From: Fimbriimonadales bacterium
GTDB taxonomy: Bacteria; Armatimonadota; Fimbriimonadia; Fimbriimonadales; ATM1
Reading direction: 5' to 3'
Assembly: GCA_051003155.1 (NCBI GenBank)
Contig: JBPCLO010000026.1
Location: 196,747-260,746 of the forward strand
DNA: 64,000 nt
A program made the translations under genes and the position numbers. Below the pieces are notes generated by a model. The model made no database searches. It was not told where the DNA came from and worked only from the letters and a program-made list of their open reading frames with translations. This document shows, piece after piece, positions 50,825-60,650 of this stretch (its first letter is position 1; each line of letters starts with the position of its first letter).

Positions 50825-51675
50825 GTGAAATCGATACATTCAGAGCGATCCGAGCAGACGCCGTCTGCTGCTAGTGTTCGATCGCGCGCAATACTTATTG
50901 CCGCGCTGACAATAGCCTCCGGCGCCGCACTCGGTCAAACAGGCGCATACTACGTCACCCAGAGCACCGGCGGGCCGGGTAGCACCTATGTCATGCAGGG
51001 TGGCGCGCTTCAATTCAGTTATAACTGGGCGGCGGACGGCCAGATGCCAATCGTCATCGGCAACTTCGGGTCCGGGATGCGCGTAAGACAAGCCGCGGGG
51101 CTGCCGGAGGGCGGCCCGCCGGAACAAGGCGACGAATACGAGCTGGACGGCACACCGACCGGCTTCACTAACTTCTGGGACAACCCCGCCGGCAGCGCCG
51201 CGTACGACGCCGCCTTCAACGGCAAAATATCTTCATGGTGCACTACGAAGGAGCCACCCGCGGCCAGGTATTCATGTACGACAACAACTATGGCAATGGG
51301 CTGTTCATGTTCAACGCGCAGCCCGGCGACCTTGGCATTACGTACGACTCATCTACAGGCACAATTTGGACGAGCAACTTCGACTCCGGCTTAGTCACGC
51401 AATACCAAATGGATGGCGTGCGGCTGTTCCAATTCTTCTCGGGCGGGCTTGCAGTAGGCGCGCTCGCCTACGACGCTATCGACGATTCGTTCTGGATGGC
51501 GATCAATTCCACGGGAGTGCTTGCCCAATTCGATCGCAACGGGAATCTCCTGCAGTCGATCACCGCACCCAACTACGTCGTAGGCGGAGAATGCGCGCCC
51601 GTTCCCGAGCCTGCCTCGATAGTCGCGCTTTGTGCAGGGCTCGCCGGGCTAGCGCTGGCAAGACCCCGGAAGTAA
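50825..51675 (+). CDS. PEP-CTERM protein with one frameshift (~51224-51230, A-run; likely sequencing error)
   Basis: Signal-bearing ORF to FNGK continues in another frame as IFMVHY...VPEPASIVALCAGLAGLALARPRK. Confidence 0.75.
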
Positions 51676-51692
51676 TCTGGCCTCTGGCTCGG

Positions 51693-51721
51693 TGGGCCGC
51701 TCCGGAAGAGGAGGCGGCCCA
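51693..51721 (+). terminator. Hairpin after PEP-CTERM gene
   Basis: TGGGCCGC...GCGGCCCA. Confidence 0.55.
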
Positions 51722-51768
51722 TCCTTTGCGTCGACTGTTCGCGCCGACGGTATAATTTGTCTTCGCGT

Positions 51769-51845
51769 GCTCCCGTCGTCTAGCGGTTTAGGACATCGCC
51801 CTCTCACGGCGAAGATCGCGGGTTCGAATCCCGTCGGGAGTACCA
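51769..51845 (+). tRNA. tRNA-Glu (CTC)
   Basis: Acceptor stem GCTCCCG/CGGGAGT, anticodon arm TCGCC-CTCTCAC-GGCGA, GTTCGAATC, encoded CCA. TATAAT upstream at 51751. Confidence 0.96.
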
Positions 51846-51892
51846 CCTCTTTTGAACCTGTTTGAACCTGTTTGACCGGACGGGATTGGAAC
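51840..51892 (+). repeat. att-like repeat unit, copy 1
   Basis: GTACCA...TTTGAACCTG x2...TGACCGGACGGGATTGGAAC. Confidence 0.65.
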
Positions 51893-52013
51893 GGATCCTG
51901 CCCGTAGAACTAGATCAAGTTTAGAGGTCACTCACGGAAGTTAGCACGGCAAGTCGGAGCAAGTTTGAGCTGCTCCAAAGGTTGACGAAGCCGCGCTCAA
52001 CCTTGCCTCCATC

Positions 52014-52517
52014 TTACTCGCCTCCCGGACGGCCCTCATGTTGCGCATCGGTGACCTTCTCCATCCAATCCACCACCTTGTCACCAAGCTGTTCCATGAT
52101 GGCGAAGTGTGACATTCCTGTGGTTAGCCCACCTCCGTGCCAGTGCTTCGCACCTGCGGGAATCCGGACCACATCACCGGGTCGAATCTCTTCGAATTTG
52201 TTGCCCCAGGTCTGCACCCGGCCAGCTCCAGACGTAACGATTAGTGTCTGCCCTCGTGGGTGTGTATGCCAAGCGGTTCGCGCTCCAGGCTCGAAAGTGA
52301 CATGGGCGCACATCACGTCTGATGTAGCCTCAGGATTAAAGAGCGGGTCGATGCGAACGGAACCGGTGAAGTATTCGGGTGGCCCCTTTTGCGATGGTTG
52401 TGAGCCGCTGCGTGCAATAGTCAATGTCTTTAAACCTCCTTGCGTTTGGTCTTCGCCCGGGCTCATTGCGGAGCCGAGCATGGAAAGCGTAAGTGCGGTA
52501 AGTAGTAGTTGCTTCAT
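52014..52517 (-). CDS. Cupin domain protein
   Basis: YFTGSV, VTFEPGARTAWHTHPRGQTL, KHWHG and VDWMEKV. Confidence 0.92.
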   Translation of the reverse strand: MKQLLLTALTLSMLGSAMSPGEDQTQGGLKTLTIARSGSQPSQKGPPEYFTGSVRIDPLFNPEATSDVMCAHVTFEPGARTAWHTHPRGQTLIVTSGAGRVQTWGNKFEEIRPGDVVRIPAGAKHWHGGGLTTGMSHFAIMEQLGDKVVDWMEKVTDAQHEGRPGGE

Positions 52518-52690
52518 TGTTTATCTCCTGTCTCTGGCTCGAGCGGATCGCTGTGTCGGTAGAATAAAACTCCTGCCGCTTTAACTTTCCGCTTCTAAGT
52601 TATTCAACGCCGTTCTATATGGCCGAAGATGAGACGTTCCTTCCGCTTTCTTGAACGAAATTCCCGCGTAGGTAGCGTCAGAGAAAGAAC

Positions 52691-53604
52691 ATGGAAACTA
52701 TGACCGCATACGCGCAGCAGCGAGATGAAGCCAACCGGGAGGAGATGGCGGAACTGATCGGCGCCGCATTGACAAACGACGGCTGGATCGAGCCCGTCCC
52801 GGGCGTTGCGCTCGGGAAGCTTTCTCAAGATACCGAGCACATCTTCGGCGAAGCTAAACCAGCGGTGTGCTTTATAGCTAAAGGAGCCAAAGAGGTGGCG
52901 GTTGGTGAAGCTCGATACCGCTACGACTCCAATCACTTCCTGCTCGTGACGATTGATGTGCCGGCTCGGAGCACAATCCAGATCGCTCCGTACCTGGGTG
53001 TGCGCATGGATATTGACCCCCCACTAATTAGTTCCGTGATGATCGAGACGGGCGTCTCTTTTCCAGAGGCGCCGCAAAATGCGAAAGCTGTAACAGTTAG
53101 TCGATGCGACTCCGATCTCTACGATGCGGCAACTCGGCTCGTACGCCATCTGAGTCGTCCCAGGAGGCCAAGGTGCTAGTTCCGCAGGTGAAGCGTGAGA
53201 TTGTGTATCGATTGCTAATTGGTGAGGAGGGGCACCGCCTACGTCAGCTCACCGCACCCGCTGGCCACACGCGGCGGATCGCGCAGGCATTAGGGAAGCT
53301 TCGTCAAGACTTCGATCAGCCCCTGAGCATCGAGAGCTTGGCGAGGTAGTTGGGCATGAGCTCCACTCGATTCCACCACCACTTCAAAGCGGTTACCGAC
53401 ATGAGCCCGCTGCAGTTCCAGAAGCAGCTGCGCCTGCAAGAGGCCCGGCGGCTAATGCTAAGCGATGAACTGGACGCCAGATCGGCAGCCTACAAAGTCG
53501 GCTACGACGACCCGTCCCACTTTAGCCGCGATTACAAAAGGCACTTCGGCGAGGCACCGATGCGGGATGTTATGCACTTGAGGTCCTCAGCGTCCGCAAA
53601 GTGA
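52691..53604 (+). pseudogene. AraC-family regulator (AraC_N plus HTH), frameshift ~53150 and in-frame TAG at 53347-53349
   Basis: [45 protein letters not shown] and FSRDYKR. Confidence 0.85.
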
Positions 53605-53640
53605 CAGCCTGACCGCAGTTCTAAGCGCGTATACTTCGGT

Positions 53641-53694
53641 GTACCAGCTAATTTTGAACCTGTAATCAGCCTTCTGACCCGACGGGATTCGAAC
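53641..53694 (+). repeat. att-like repeat unit, copy 2
   Basis: GTACCA...TTTTGAACCTGT...TGACCCGACGGGATTCGAAC; same order and spacing as copy 1. Confidence 0.65.
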
Positions 53695-53706
53695 TCTCGG
53701 GTTTAG

Positions 53707-54338
53707 ATGCTTCAGCATAATTATTCGCATACCAACGCTTTTCTGAGAGCAGCTCCAGGCAAAACTGCAATACAATGCCTGTATGTCGCCCAGTGAATTG
53801 CGGCGAGGGCGCACGAGACCTTCTTTGCGCATGAGATCGGGCATGCCTGGTTCAGTAAGTGGACAGATGCGAGGACGAGCGAGCGCTCAAGGACGACTCC
53901 GATCCGGCGCGGCTGCACCAACTGACCTTGATCCAGTCGTACGTACTCGACCTGAAGTCTAACGAAGTTCTTAGCCGCAAAGGTTTTGACATGTCGCCGA
54001 TCGATGGCGACTCTGCCAAAAGCATGAACTTTCTTGGGATGACTCCCAGTGTCGATCATCGCCCTGAGAACCCGAGAGAGGCGCTCTTCATGTCGCTTCA
54101 AGTGGCGGCCCAGATCGTGGAGCGAGAGCGGGGTAATGCGCCGGGCATCGTTCGTTTCGACGAAACACTCGGCAAGATTCGGGTTCTGGACCCAGAAATT
54201 CACGAACTCGGAGTTGGAATGGCGGATGGGGTTTTCGAATTCGGATTGGATACCAGAGAAGCGGTTCAAATGGTGGTGGATGCCTGCTTGAAGCTCGGGA
54301 CTCGGAGCTCAGGGCCATCCCTTCGAATCGACCTCTGA
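53707..54338 (+). pseudogene. Disrupted HExxH metallopeptidase-like gene
   Basis: Frame from 53707 has TGA at 53794, then FFAHEIGHAWF. A frameshift near 53870 joins it to ORF 53859-54338. Confidence 0.5.
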
Positions 54339-54418
54339 CTCAAAAGCTCTGAGAGAGATTTACATAACGTCGGGAGGACGGCTCGCGGTCGTCGCCCTCG
54401 TGAATCACGATAAAGCCG

Positions 54419-54580
54419 ACCTGCACCCGGCATGCCGCGCCAAGTCGCTGCGGACGCAGCCCGATGGCGGGGTGCTCATCACTGACGGGCCGTACCTTCA
54501 GACCAAGGAGCGCGTGGGCGGTATTCGGGGTGTTGGAAGCGGCCGACCTGGCCGAGGCGCTGGAATTGGGGCGCAGCTTC
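54419..54580 (+). pseudogene. YciI/DGPF-family fragment
   Basis: AKSLR...VLITDGPYLQTKERVGG, then shifted LEAADLAEALE. Confidence 0.65.
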
Positions 54581-54618
54581 CGCTGACCGCGATGCGCTTG
54601 CCCCGCCCTCAACACCTC

Positions 54619-54807
54619 GTCGTAGACGCCGGTGTCGAAGAGGTCGAGCGCGAGCCGGTAGTCCTTCTTGATCGCCTTCTCGTACTTCTTGAGCTCCTCG
54701 ATCTTCACGCCGAAGAGGGGCCCTGTGATGCCGTGGTTGCGCAAGACGCGGCGGTAGCCCTCGGTTCCGAGGGGCTCGATCTCTGAGACGATTTGTTGTG
54801 CGGTCAT
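54619..54807 (-). pseudogene. N-terminal fragment of a DNA alkylation repair (AlkD-like) protein
   Basis: MTAQQIVSEIEPLG...HG...LFGVKIEELKK...IKKDYRLALDLFDTGVYD, then unrelated sequence. Confidence 0.7.
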
Positions 54808-54994
54808 GGCTGGACTCCGGACAAGTGGTAATACCAAGCAACGAGGTTGGTCTGCAATTATGTCCCTTCCTTGACGCCCTCGCACGGCACGTAGGAGAAG
54901 ACCAGGCGGCATCGCTCCAAGCCGCGTTCGAGGGTCCCGAGATCGTGCGAGCCGCAGCGGGCCACGCATACCTCTACTAAGTTGGTCCGACTCG

Positions 54995-55933
54995 CTAGCC
55001 GCCCTTCCAGCGACGTGCCAGATCGTCCGCCGCCGAACTCCACTCCGGAAACTCGAACTTAAACCCCGCCTCGATCAATCGCGTCGGAACCACCCGTCGG
55101 CTCTTGAGAATCAGCTCGGTCTCAGTGCCCATGAGGAGGGCGCCAATCTCGAGAATCCAGGCGGGCGTGGGCAGCGCGAACCGCGCTCCCACCGACTCCC
55201 GAAGGATGCGCATGAAATCGCGGTTCGGCAAGGCGTTGGGCGAGCAGATGTTCACCGGCCCTGAGAGTTCCTCGTGCTCCGCGAGAAAGAGCAACGTCCG
55301 AACGAAGTCGCCCTCGTGAATCCAAGACACATACTGCCGCCCGCTCCCCGCCGGTCCCCCGATCCCGCGTCGCGCAAGGCGGGTGAAGACATCGAATACA
55401 CTTCCCCGCTCCACGCTCATCGTCATCGCCGAGCGCATCGCCACTTTGCGGGTATAGGGCGTGGCGGCTCGATCCAGCTCGGCTTCCCAAGCCTTCGCAA
55501 TCGCGATGCTCGCGTTCCATTTGTAGGGCGCGCCCGGCTCGTCGCCACCCAGAATCCCATGTTCCTCATCGTTGGGCGCGTCGAGCCGATGAGCGTAGAT
55601 CGTGGCCGTGCTCGCCTGCAGCCAAAGGCGAGGCGGCTTCGCGGCCTGGGCGATCCCTTCACCCACGACACGAGTCGAGTCCACTCGCGAGTCCATCATC
55701 TCCTTCAGATTTCCTTCCGTGTACCGGCAATTCACGCTCCTTCCGGCGAGATTGATCACGGCGTCGCACCCGTCGATGATCGATGCCCAATCGCCGAGAG
55801 TCCGCCCGTCCCAATGGATCCCGGATGGCGAAGGATGGCGAGAAAGAATCGTGAATTCCCAGCCCAATGGCTCCAGATGGCGACGGATGGCCTGGCCCAC
55901 ATGTCCCGACCCACCCGGCATCACAACCTTCAC
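54995..55933 (-). CDS. TIGR01777-family NAD-dependent epimerase/oxidoreductase (DUF1731)
   Basis: GGSGHVG, INLAGRSV, SRVDST, GSGRQYVSWIH and GFKFEFP. Confidence 0.92.
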   Translation of the reverse strand: MKVVMPGGSGHVGQAIRRHLEPLGWEFTILSRHPSPSGIHWDGRTLGDWASIIDGCDAVINLAGRSVNCRYTEGNLKEMMDSRVDSTRVVGEGIAQAAKPPRLWLQASTATIYAHRLDAPNDEEHGILGGDEPGAPYKWNASIAIAKAWEAELDRAATPYTRKVAMRSAMTMSVERGSVFDVFTRLARRGIGGPAGSGRQYVSWIHEGDFVRTLLFLAEHEELSGPVNICSPNALPNRDFMRILRESVGARFALPTPAWILEIGALLMGTETELILKSRRVVPTRLIEAGFKFEFPEWSSAADDLARRWKGG

Positions 55934-55974
55934 CTCTTGATTGTAGATCGCCGAAACTCAATACAATACGATGC

Positions 55975-56514
55975 GTGACCGACTCGATCCGTCGCCGCTA
56001 CGAGCGCTATCTTCCGGCCAAGCTCTCCTGGCACTGGGATACCATCAGCGACTCGCCCTTCCTGTGGCGCGACGTGTCGGTCGAGGACGTGGGTCCGAAC
56101 ATGGACGCTCGATTCGAAGCCATCGCCGATCGCATGATGAAGGGCAACTACTATCCGCCGGACGCTATCCGCTTTTACGGGCCTTGGATGGATGAGGGAC
56201 GAGACCTCCGGCAAGGCGACAGGATCCTCCAGCGAGCACGTGTCGGTCTTTTCCTCAAGCTGTGGGCAATGACCGAGGTCCAAATCGCCGAGAAGACCGA
56301 CACCACCTGCACAATTGGCTACCTGACGACCAAGCGCCACTTTGGACGGGGCAAATGGCAATCCAAGCTCACGAAAGACAAGGGCCGGCTGATCCTCGCC
56401 GTAGAGGCAACCACCACCCCGGGTTCGCTGCTGTTCTGGATCGGGCTGCCGATTGCGAGGGCTTTGCAGCGCCGAGCGTGGCGTCGGGCCGCCGAAGAAT
56501 TCAGAAAACTCTAG
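55975..56514 (+). CDS. DUF1990-like hypothetical protein
   Basis: GTG start 7 nt after TACAAT; GYLTTKRHFGRG and ARALQRRAW. Confidence 0.65.
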   Translation: MTDSIRRRYERYLPAKLSWHWDTISDSPFLWRDVSVEDVGPNMDARFEAIADRMMKGNYYPPDAIRFYGPWMDEGRDLRQGDRILQRARVGLFLKLWAMTEVQIAEKTDTTCTIGYLTTKRHFGRGKWQSKLTKDKGRLILAVEATTTPGSLLFWIGLPIARALQRRAWRRAAEEFRKL

Positions 56515-56568
56515 GCATCGAAATCGAGCCGCTTCTTAAGGCGCCCATGCATCCATTCCCGCGCCTTC

Positions 56569-56855
56569 TCATAGGCGCGGGATGTATTGGATGCAGTCGA
56601 TCAGCTCGGGGCATTGCTCGAGCAGGTCGATCAGGCCCTCCTCCACCGATTCGGGATCATGATCGAACCCGCCATGCCATCGGCAGACAAAGCACTCCGA
56701 GTTGAGCTTGGCGTTCACGTATAGCATACTGGGCACCGCTTCAAATTCCCGCCCGCCCTTGACGCTCAAGCTGAATCGGCCGTTCTTTGCGTTGTGCTTG
56801 TGCACCCTCTCATTGCTGAGAGCCTGTAGTTGGGCCATCACTTCGTCGTAGGTCT
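56569..56855 (-). pseudogene. Chimeric remnant: N-terminus of a second alkylation-repair-like gene joined to unrelated sequence
   Basis: TYDEVMAQLQALSNERVHKHNAKNG, then an abrupt change. Confidence 0.45.
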
Positions 56856-56896
56856 CGGTGAGATTCTATCCAAACGCCTTGCGCTGCCACAACGCA

Positions 56897-57343
56897 TCAG
56901 GGACATCGCTTTCCGGCTGCGAGCAACGCGCAGGTTTTCTCGATGCGCGCCATGCGCGTCGCCTTGTCTTCGGATACCTCGACCCAGTCCGAAAAGTCCC
57001 TCTTCTCGTCCGCGGTGAGAGCGCTCCACTGGGCTTTTGCTTCTGGTGCGTTTCCTAGGGCTTTGTAAAAATCCACGGGGACGACGGCATAACAGCAGGG
57101 GCGTTTCTTTCCCTTCACAAGGTTCTCGCAACACCTCTCGATCCGGCGTGCGCGCGTCTCCGCTTGCTTGGCTTCGTTGATCCAACTCGTAAAGTCCCTG
57201 CGCGCGATGGGCGTGAGATCCCTCCACGCTGCCTCGGCCAAGGGGGCAGCCGCGAGGGCCTCGCGAAGATCCGCCGGTGCCCGGGGCTCTGTCTCTTCGA
57301 CTGGCTTAGGATTCATGTCTTCATTTACAATTACCGATTTCAT
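56897..57343 (-). CDS. YdeI/OmpD-associated (OmdA) tandem-domain protein
   Basis: Two repeats of P.D...AL...P.A...W..LT...RDF..W.....K..TR..RIE..C..L..GK. Confidence 0.88.
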   Translation of the reverse strand: MKSVIVNEDMNPKPVEETEPRAPADLREALAAAPLAEAAWRDLTPIARRDFTSWINEAKQAETRARRIERCCENLVKGKKRPCCYAVVPVDFYKALGNAPEAKAQWSALTADEKRDFSDWVEVSEDKATRMARIEKTCALLAAGKRCP

Positions 57344-57426
57344 GGTTCGTGACGTACTCGGACAAGCGCCCCACAATCTTCCACGCGGTCGGTTGGCGAC
57401 CGGTTTCTTGCCACTGCCCATAATCT

Positions 57427-57915
57427 TTACATATCCGGGATTTCGGGCTCGACCAGCTTGGCAAGTTGCTCGAGTGACTCCTGCCAGCCAAGGTAGCATG
57501 CCTCCGCAGGAATCGCCGCCGGAATGCCCTCTTGCACGATGTTCACCTCTGTGCCGACGGAGACTTTGGTCAGCGTGTAGGTGGTCCGCATTTCGCCCGG
57601 CATGGTGGGGTCGTCGAACACGTCGGTCGCGACAATACGCTCGCCGGGCTTTAACTCTAGGTACCTGCCGCCGAAGGAGTGGCTCTTCCCAGTCGAGAAG
57701 TTCGTGAAGGACATCTTGTATGTGCCGCCCACTTTGGCGTCGAGGTTGTCGACCGTGCAGGTAAAGCCGTGCGGCGGGAGCCATTTTGAATTTGCGGCCG
57801 GGTCTAGGATTGCCTTATAGATGCGCTCGGGCGGCGCCTTGAGCACCCGGTGGAGCCGGACTGTGCCTGTGGCTGCCGCCTGTTTGTCTTGTGTTTCTGC
57901 ATTAGTGGTTGTCAT
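57427..57915 (-). CDS. SRPBCC/AHSA1 family protein
   Basis: VRLHRVLKAPPERIY, WLPPHGF and CYLGWQESL. Confidence 0.92.
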   Translation of the reverse strand: MTTTNAETQDKQAAATGTVRLHRVLKAPPERIYKAILDPAANSKWLPPHGFTCTVDNLDAKVGGTYKMSFTNFSTGKSHSFGGRYLELKPGERIVATDVFDDPTMPGEMRTTYTLTKVSVGTEVNIVQEGIPAAIPAEACYLGWQESLEQLAKLVEPEIPDM

Positions 57916-57979
57916 AGTTAATCTCCTGATAACTCTTTATACGTCATCTGCCCATGTGGGCACGACCGAGACAATGGGC

Positions 57980-58085
57980 TCAGTTATCGGGTGTCTCCTC
58001 GCCGAGAAGGTGCCGCACCGAGTACATCTGCCAGTGCGGTAGGCGATGTGGAAAACCACGTACTTCAGCAATTCGGCATTGGTGG
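57980..58085 (-). pseudogene. C-terminal fragment of a DinB-like gene
   Basis: NAELLKYVVFHIAY.TG, frameshift, QMYSVRHLLGEETPDN*. Confidence 0.5.
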
Positions 58086-58165
58086 AATGTCAGTATGGGG
58101 CCGCGGCCTCCCCACCCTGGCGCCCACGCCCAATCACTCAGTTGGCGCGAATAAGGCAGCATTTT

Positions 58166-58705
58166 TTGAAGAGTAATCTTCGATTCATACTCACGGGCGG
58201 ACCGGGCTCAGGAAAAACAACCGCTCTGCATTTATTGGAATCAAACGGCTTTACGTGCGTTCCGGAAGTCGCACGCCGCGTTATTCAGGAGCGGATTAAT
58301 AATGGCCTATCTCCAAGGCCGAGTGAGGTTGAATTTGCACAAGAAATCCTCGCGGCCGATATTGATCAATACGATAATTACAGATATCGCGGCGTTCCCA
58401 TATTCTTCGACCGCGGAATTGGCGATGCGCTTGCGATGCTATATCAATGCAACGAAATTCAGTTGGCCACGGCAATTGAGTGCTTGAAAAAACGGCCATA
58501 CACTCAGAAACTATTCTTCTTTCCCCCTTGGGAACAAATCTTTGTAAATGATGAGGAGCGGGATCAGTCTTTCGCCCACTGCGTCGAGGTATCAGCCCAC
58601 CTCATGGCCTGGTACGAGTCGCTCGGCTTCTCAATCGTTCCTGTTCCGCTAGTTTCGGCGCTGGAACGCGTGTCCATCATCATAAAGGTAATTGATTCGG
58701 CGTAA
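58166..58705 (+). CDS. AAA_28-family ATPase
   Basis: FILTGGPGSGKTT, FFDRG and FPPWEQIFVNDEER. Visibly more AT-rich than its flanks. Confidence 0.88.
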   Translation: MKSNLRFILTGGPGSGKTTALHLLESNGFTCVPEVARRVIQERINNGLSPRPSEVEFAQEILAADIDQYDNYRYRGVPIFFDRGIGDALAMLYQCNEIQLATAIECLKKRPYTQKLFFFPPWEQIFVNDEERDQSFAHCVEVSAHLMAWYESLGFSIVPVPLVSALERVSIIIKVIDSA

Positions 58706-58742
58706 CGGCGATGCTACTGGGATAAGGTGCCAAAATGCGGAC

Positions 58743-59417
58743 ATGTCGATCGCTGCCCGAGAAGATGCGTTTTGCCGCTTGGCGGAATCGCTCCCTGCGG
58801 ACGGCGACATCGAGGCGCAGGCCCGGGGCGTCTTGAAGATTCTGCTGGAGCGCATTAGGGACGGCGGACACGAAGTCTCCACTCTCGAAGAAGACCCGGA
58901 AACGTGCCCTAACTGTGGCACGCCGACGGACTCGAAGCGCACGCCGTACTGCAGCGAACGTTGCAAATGCGTCTCCGCGTTCGTCCGCCAGTTCCGAAGC
59001 TCGTTGGCCCAGGGGAGGCTGTTCGAGCCGGAGCGACAAGTCGCGCTTGGGCAGACCTTTTGGCACCTGATGGGAGGTGGCCGGCCGCTGCGCGTTAGCA
59101 TCGCACCGAAGAGCGCGATCAAGCTAGTGTTCAAACGAACACATGGCAAATGCCAGTCCTGCGGCGGGCATGCAACGACTGTGGACAACGTCGGCAGCGG
59201 GTGAAACCGACCGATCAATCTTCGCGCGGTCTGCGCGAACTGCAGCACCACGAGGCCCTTCGGGGACCTGTCGCTCGTCTCGACCCCTCAGTTTCAGGGC
59301 CTCCTTGGCGAGTTGACCGAGCGCATAGCGGCTCCGAGCGCCATGCGGCCATGCGACGATCCCGATCGATGGAACTGGCGGGCATACGTCTCGAAACGGG
59401 GGCAAGCTATTCCGTGA
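58743..59417 (+). CDS. Zn-finger/HNH-fold protein with in-frame TGA (codon 154); candidate selenoprotein, 224 aa
   Basis: CPNC...CSERC, then CQSC...TVDNVGSG-[TGA 59202-59204]-NRPINLRAVCANC. The frame stays open to TGA 59415-59417, which overlaps the next GTG. Confidence 0.75.
59221..59239 (+). promoter_or_regulatory. Candidate bacterial SECIS hairpin
   Basis: TTCGCGC-GGTCT-GCGCGAA, a perfect 7-bp stem. The loop starts with G, 23 nt after the UGA. Confidence 0.55.
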
Positions 59418-60073
59418 AGCGATGGATTGTTCAACTTTCCGCCGGAGAGATACCGATTTTGGCGGATGAGGAAACTCGAGAGACCGTCGTGATCCTTGCC
59501 CATGGCGCCGGCAGCCACATGGAGCATAAGACGCTTGAATGGCTTACGGGCCTGGTACGCGAGTCCGGAGCATCCATCGTTCGGTTCAACTTTCTGTATC
59601 GTGTGCTAGGAAAGTCCATGCCCGACCGAATGCCGGTCCTCATGGAGACCTACCGCGCGGTGATCGGCAGCGTTCGTCAGCGGCTCGCGCCCAAGCGCCT
59701 GACCATCGGCGGCCATTCGTTGGGTGGGCGGGTCGCGTCGATGATCGAGGCTGAGGGCCAGACCGCGGACGGCTTGCTCCTTTTCGGCTATCCCCTGCAC
59801 CCGCCCGGACAGCCGGAAAAGCTGCGCGACGCCCACCTCACCGCCATCCAAACCCCGACCCTTCAAATCAGCGGGACCCGAGACGATTTCTGCACGGTCA
59901 AGACCATGCAGGCGGTCATGTCCAATCTCGATCCGAATACCTGGTCCTTAAAATGGATCGAAGCCGCTGATCATAGCTACACGGTGAATAGGGCCTCTGG
60001 GCGTAGCCGGAATGATGTGGACGCAGATATCCGCGACGCGCTCGGTCTGTGGCTCCTGTGCACCTCGGACTGA
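59414..60073 (+). CDS. Alpha/beta hydrolase (Abhydrolase_11/KANSL3-like)
   Basis: LAHGAG, GGHSLGGR, GYPLHPPG, GTRD and ADHS motifs. Confidence 0.9.
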   Translation: MKRWIVQLSAGEIPILADEETRETVVILAHGAGSHMEHKTLEWLTGLVRESGASIVRFNFLYRVLGKSMPDRMPVLMETYRAVIGSVRQRLAPKRLTIGGHSLGGRVASMIEAEGQTADGLLLFGYPLHPPGQPEKLRDAHLTAIQTPTLQISGTRDDFCTVKTMQAVMSNLDPNTWSLKWIEAADHSYTVNRASGRSRNDVDADIRDALGLWLLCTSD

Positions 60074-60110
60074 CGACCGCCCGAGCCAGCAAACAAAGTG
60101 ACAAGATATC

Positions 60111-60650
60111 ATGTGCCGAGTGGACTTCAGTGGCCCCGATCCAACGACCGAGTTTGCCCTGCAAGCCGCAAGCTATGCGCTCGGCCTCGCCCATAGTTGG
60201 AAACTCCCACCCGTTGCTGACCGAGTATTAAACGCAGGCATATATTCGGCAGCATTAGCAGCGTCGAACGACCCCATCATGTCGAACGTCGGCCCTCTGT
60301 TCGAACGGGCCGTACTTGACCTCGGCTTAACGATGCCGGCGAGGACCGAAGCGGCGTCGATTCTGACGCGCTACTTGGCTGAGAGGCTCGCGAATAGCGA
60401 CGGCCAAGTAGCTGTGGATTTAGAGTCTCTGCACGACCTTTACGACGAGACTTGCGAAGATATTCCTGATCACAAGTATCTTGGTGACGGACTGGACGTC
60501 GCGGCACTCATGGGAATATGGGCTTCGTACGACTGTCCCAATGAGAACTTCTACGAGGGCCGACTTGTTGATGAACCCGAGCGGATCTCGATATTGCACA
60601 GGAGGGCTCGTGAAGAGTCCGCTGCTTGGCTGCAAAGGCACCCACTGTGA
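60111..60650 (+). CDS. Hypothetical protein
   Basis: 179-aa ORF whose stop overlaps the next start (GTGA). Confidence 0.65.
   Translation: MCRVDFSGPDPTTEFALQAASYALGLAHSWKLPPVADRVLNAGIYSAALAASNDPIMSNVGPLFERAVLDLGLTMPARTEAASILTRYLAERLANSDGQVAVDLESLHDLYDETCEDIPDHKYLGDGLDVAALMGIWASYDCPNENFYEGRLVDEPERISILHRRAREESAAWLQRHPL

Noticed and set aside
51850..51875. TTTGAACCTG repeats as a CRISPR array
   Set aside because: Only 2.5 adjacent 10-mers, with no spacers and no cas genes.
53347..53349. In-frame TAG in AraC as pyrrolysine or read-through
   Set aside because: It lies at an ordinary HTH position (LAR*LGMS, one base from GAG/CAG) in a gene that is also frameshifted.
53794..53796. TGA upstream of HEIGH as Sec
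   Set aside because: No Cys-type motif, and the gene is otherwise degraded.
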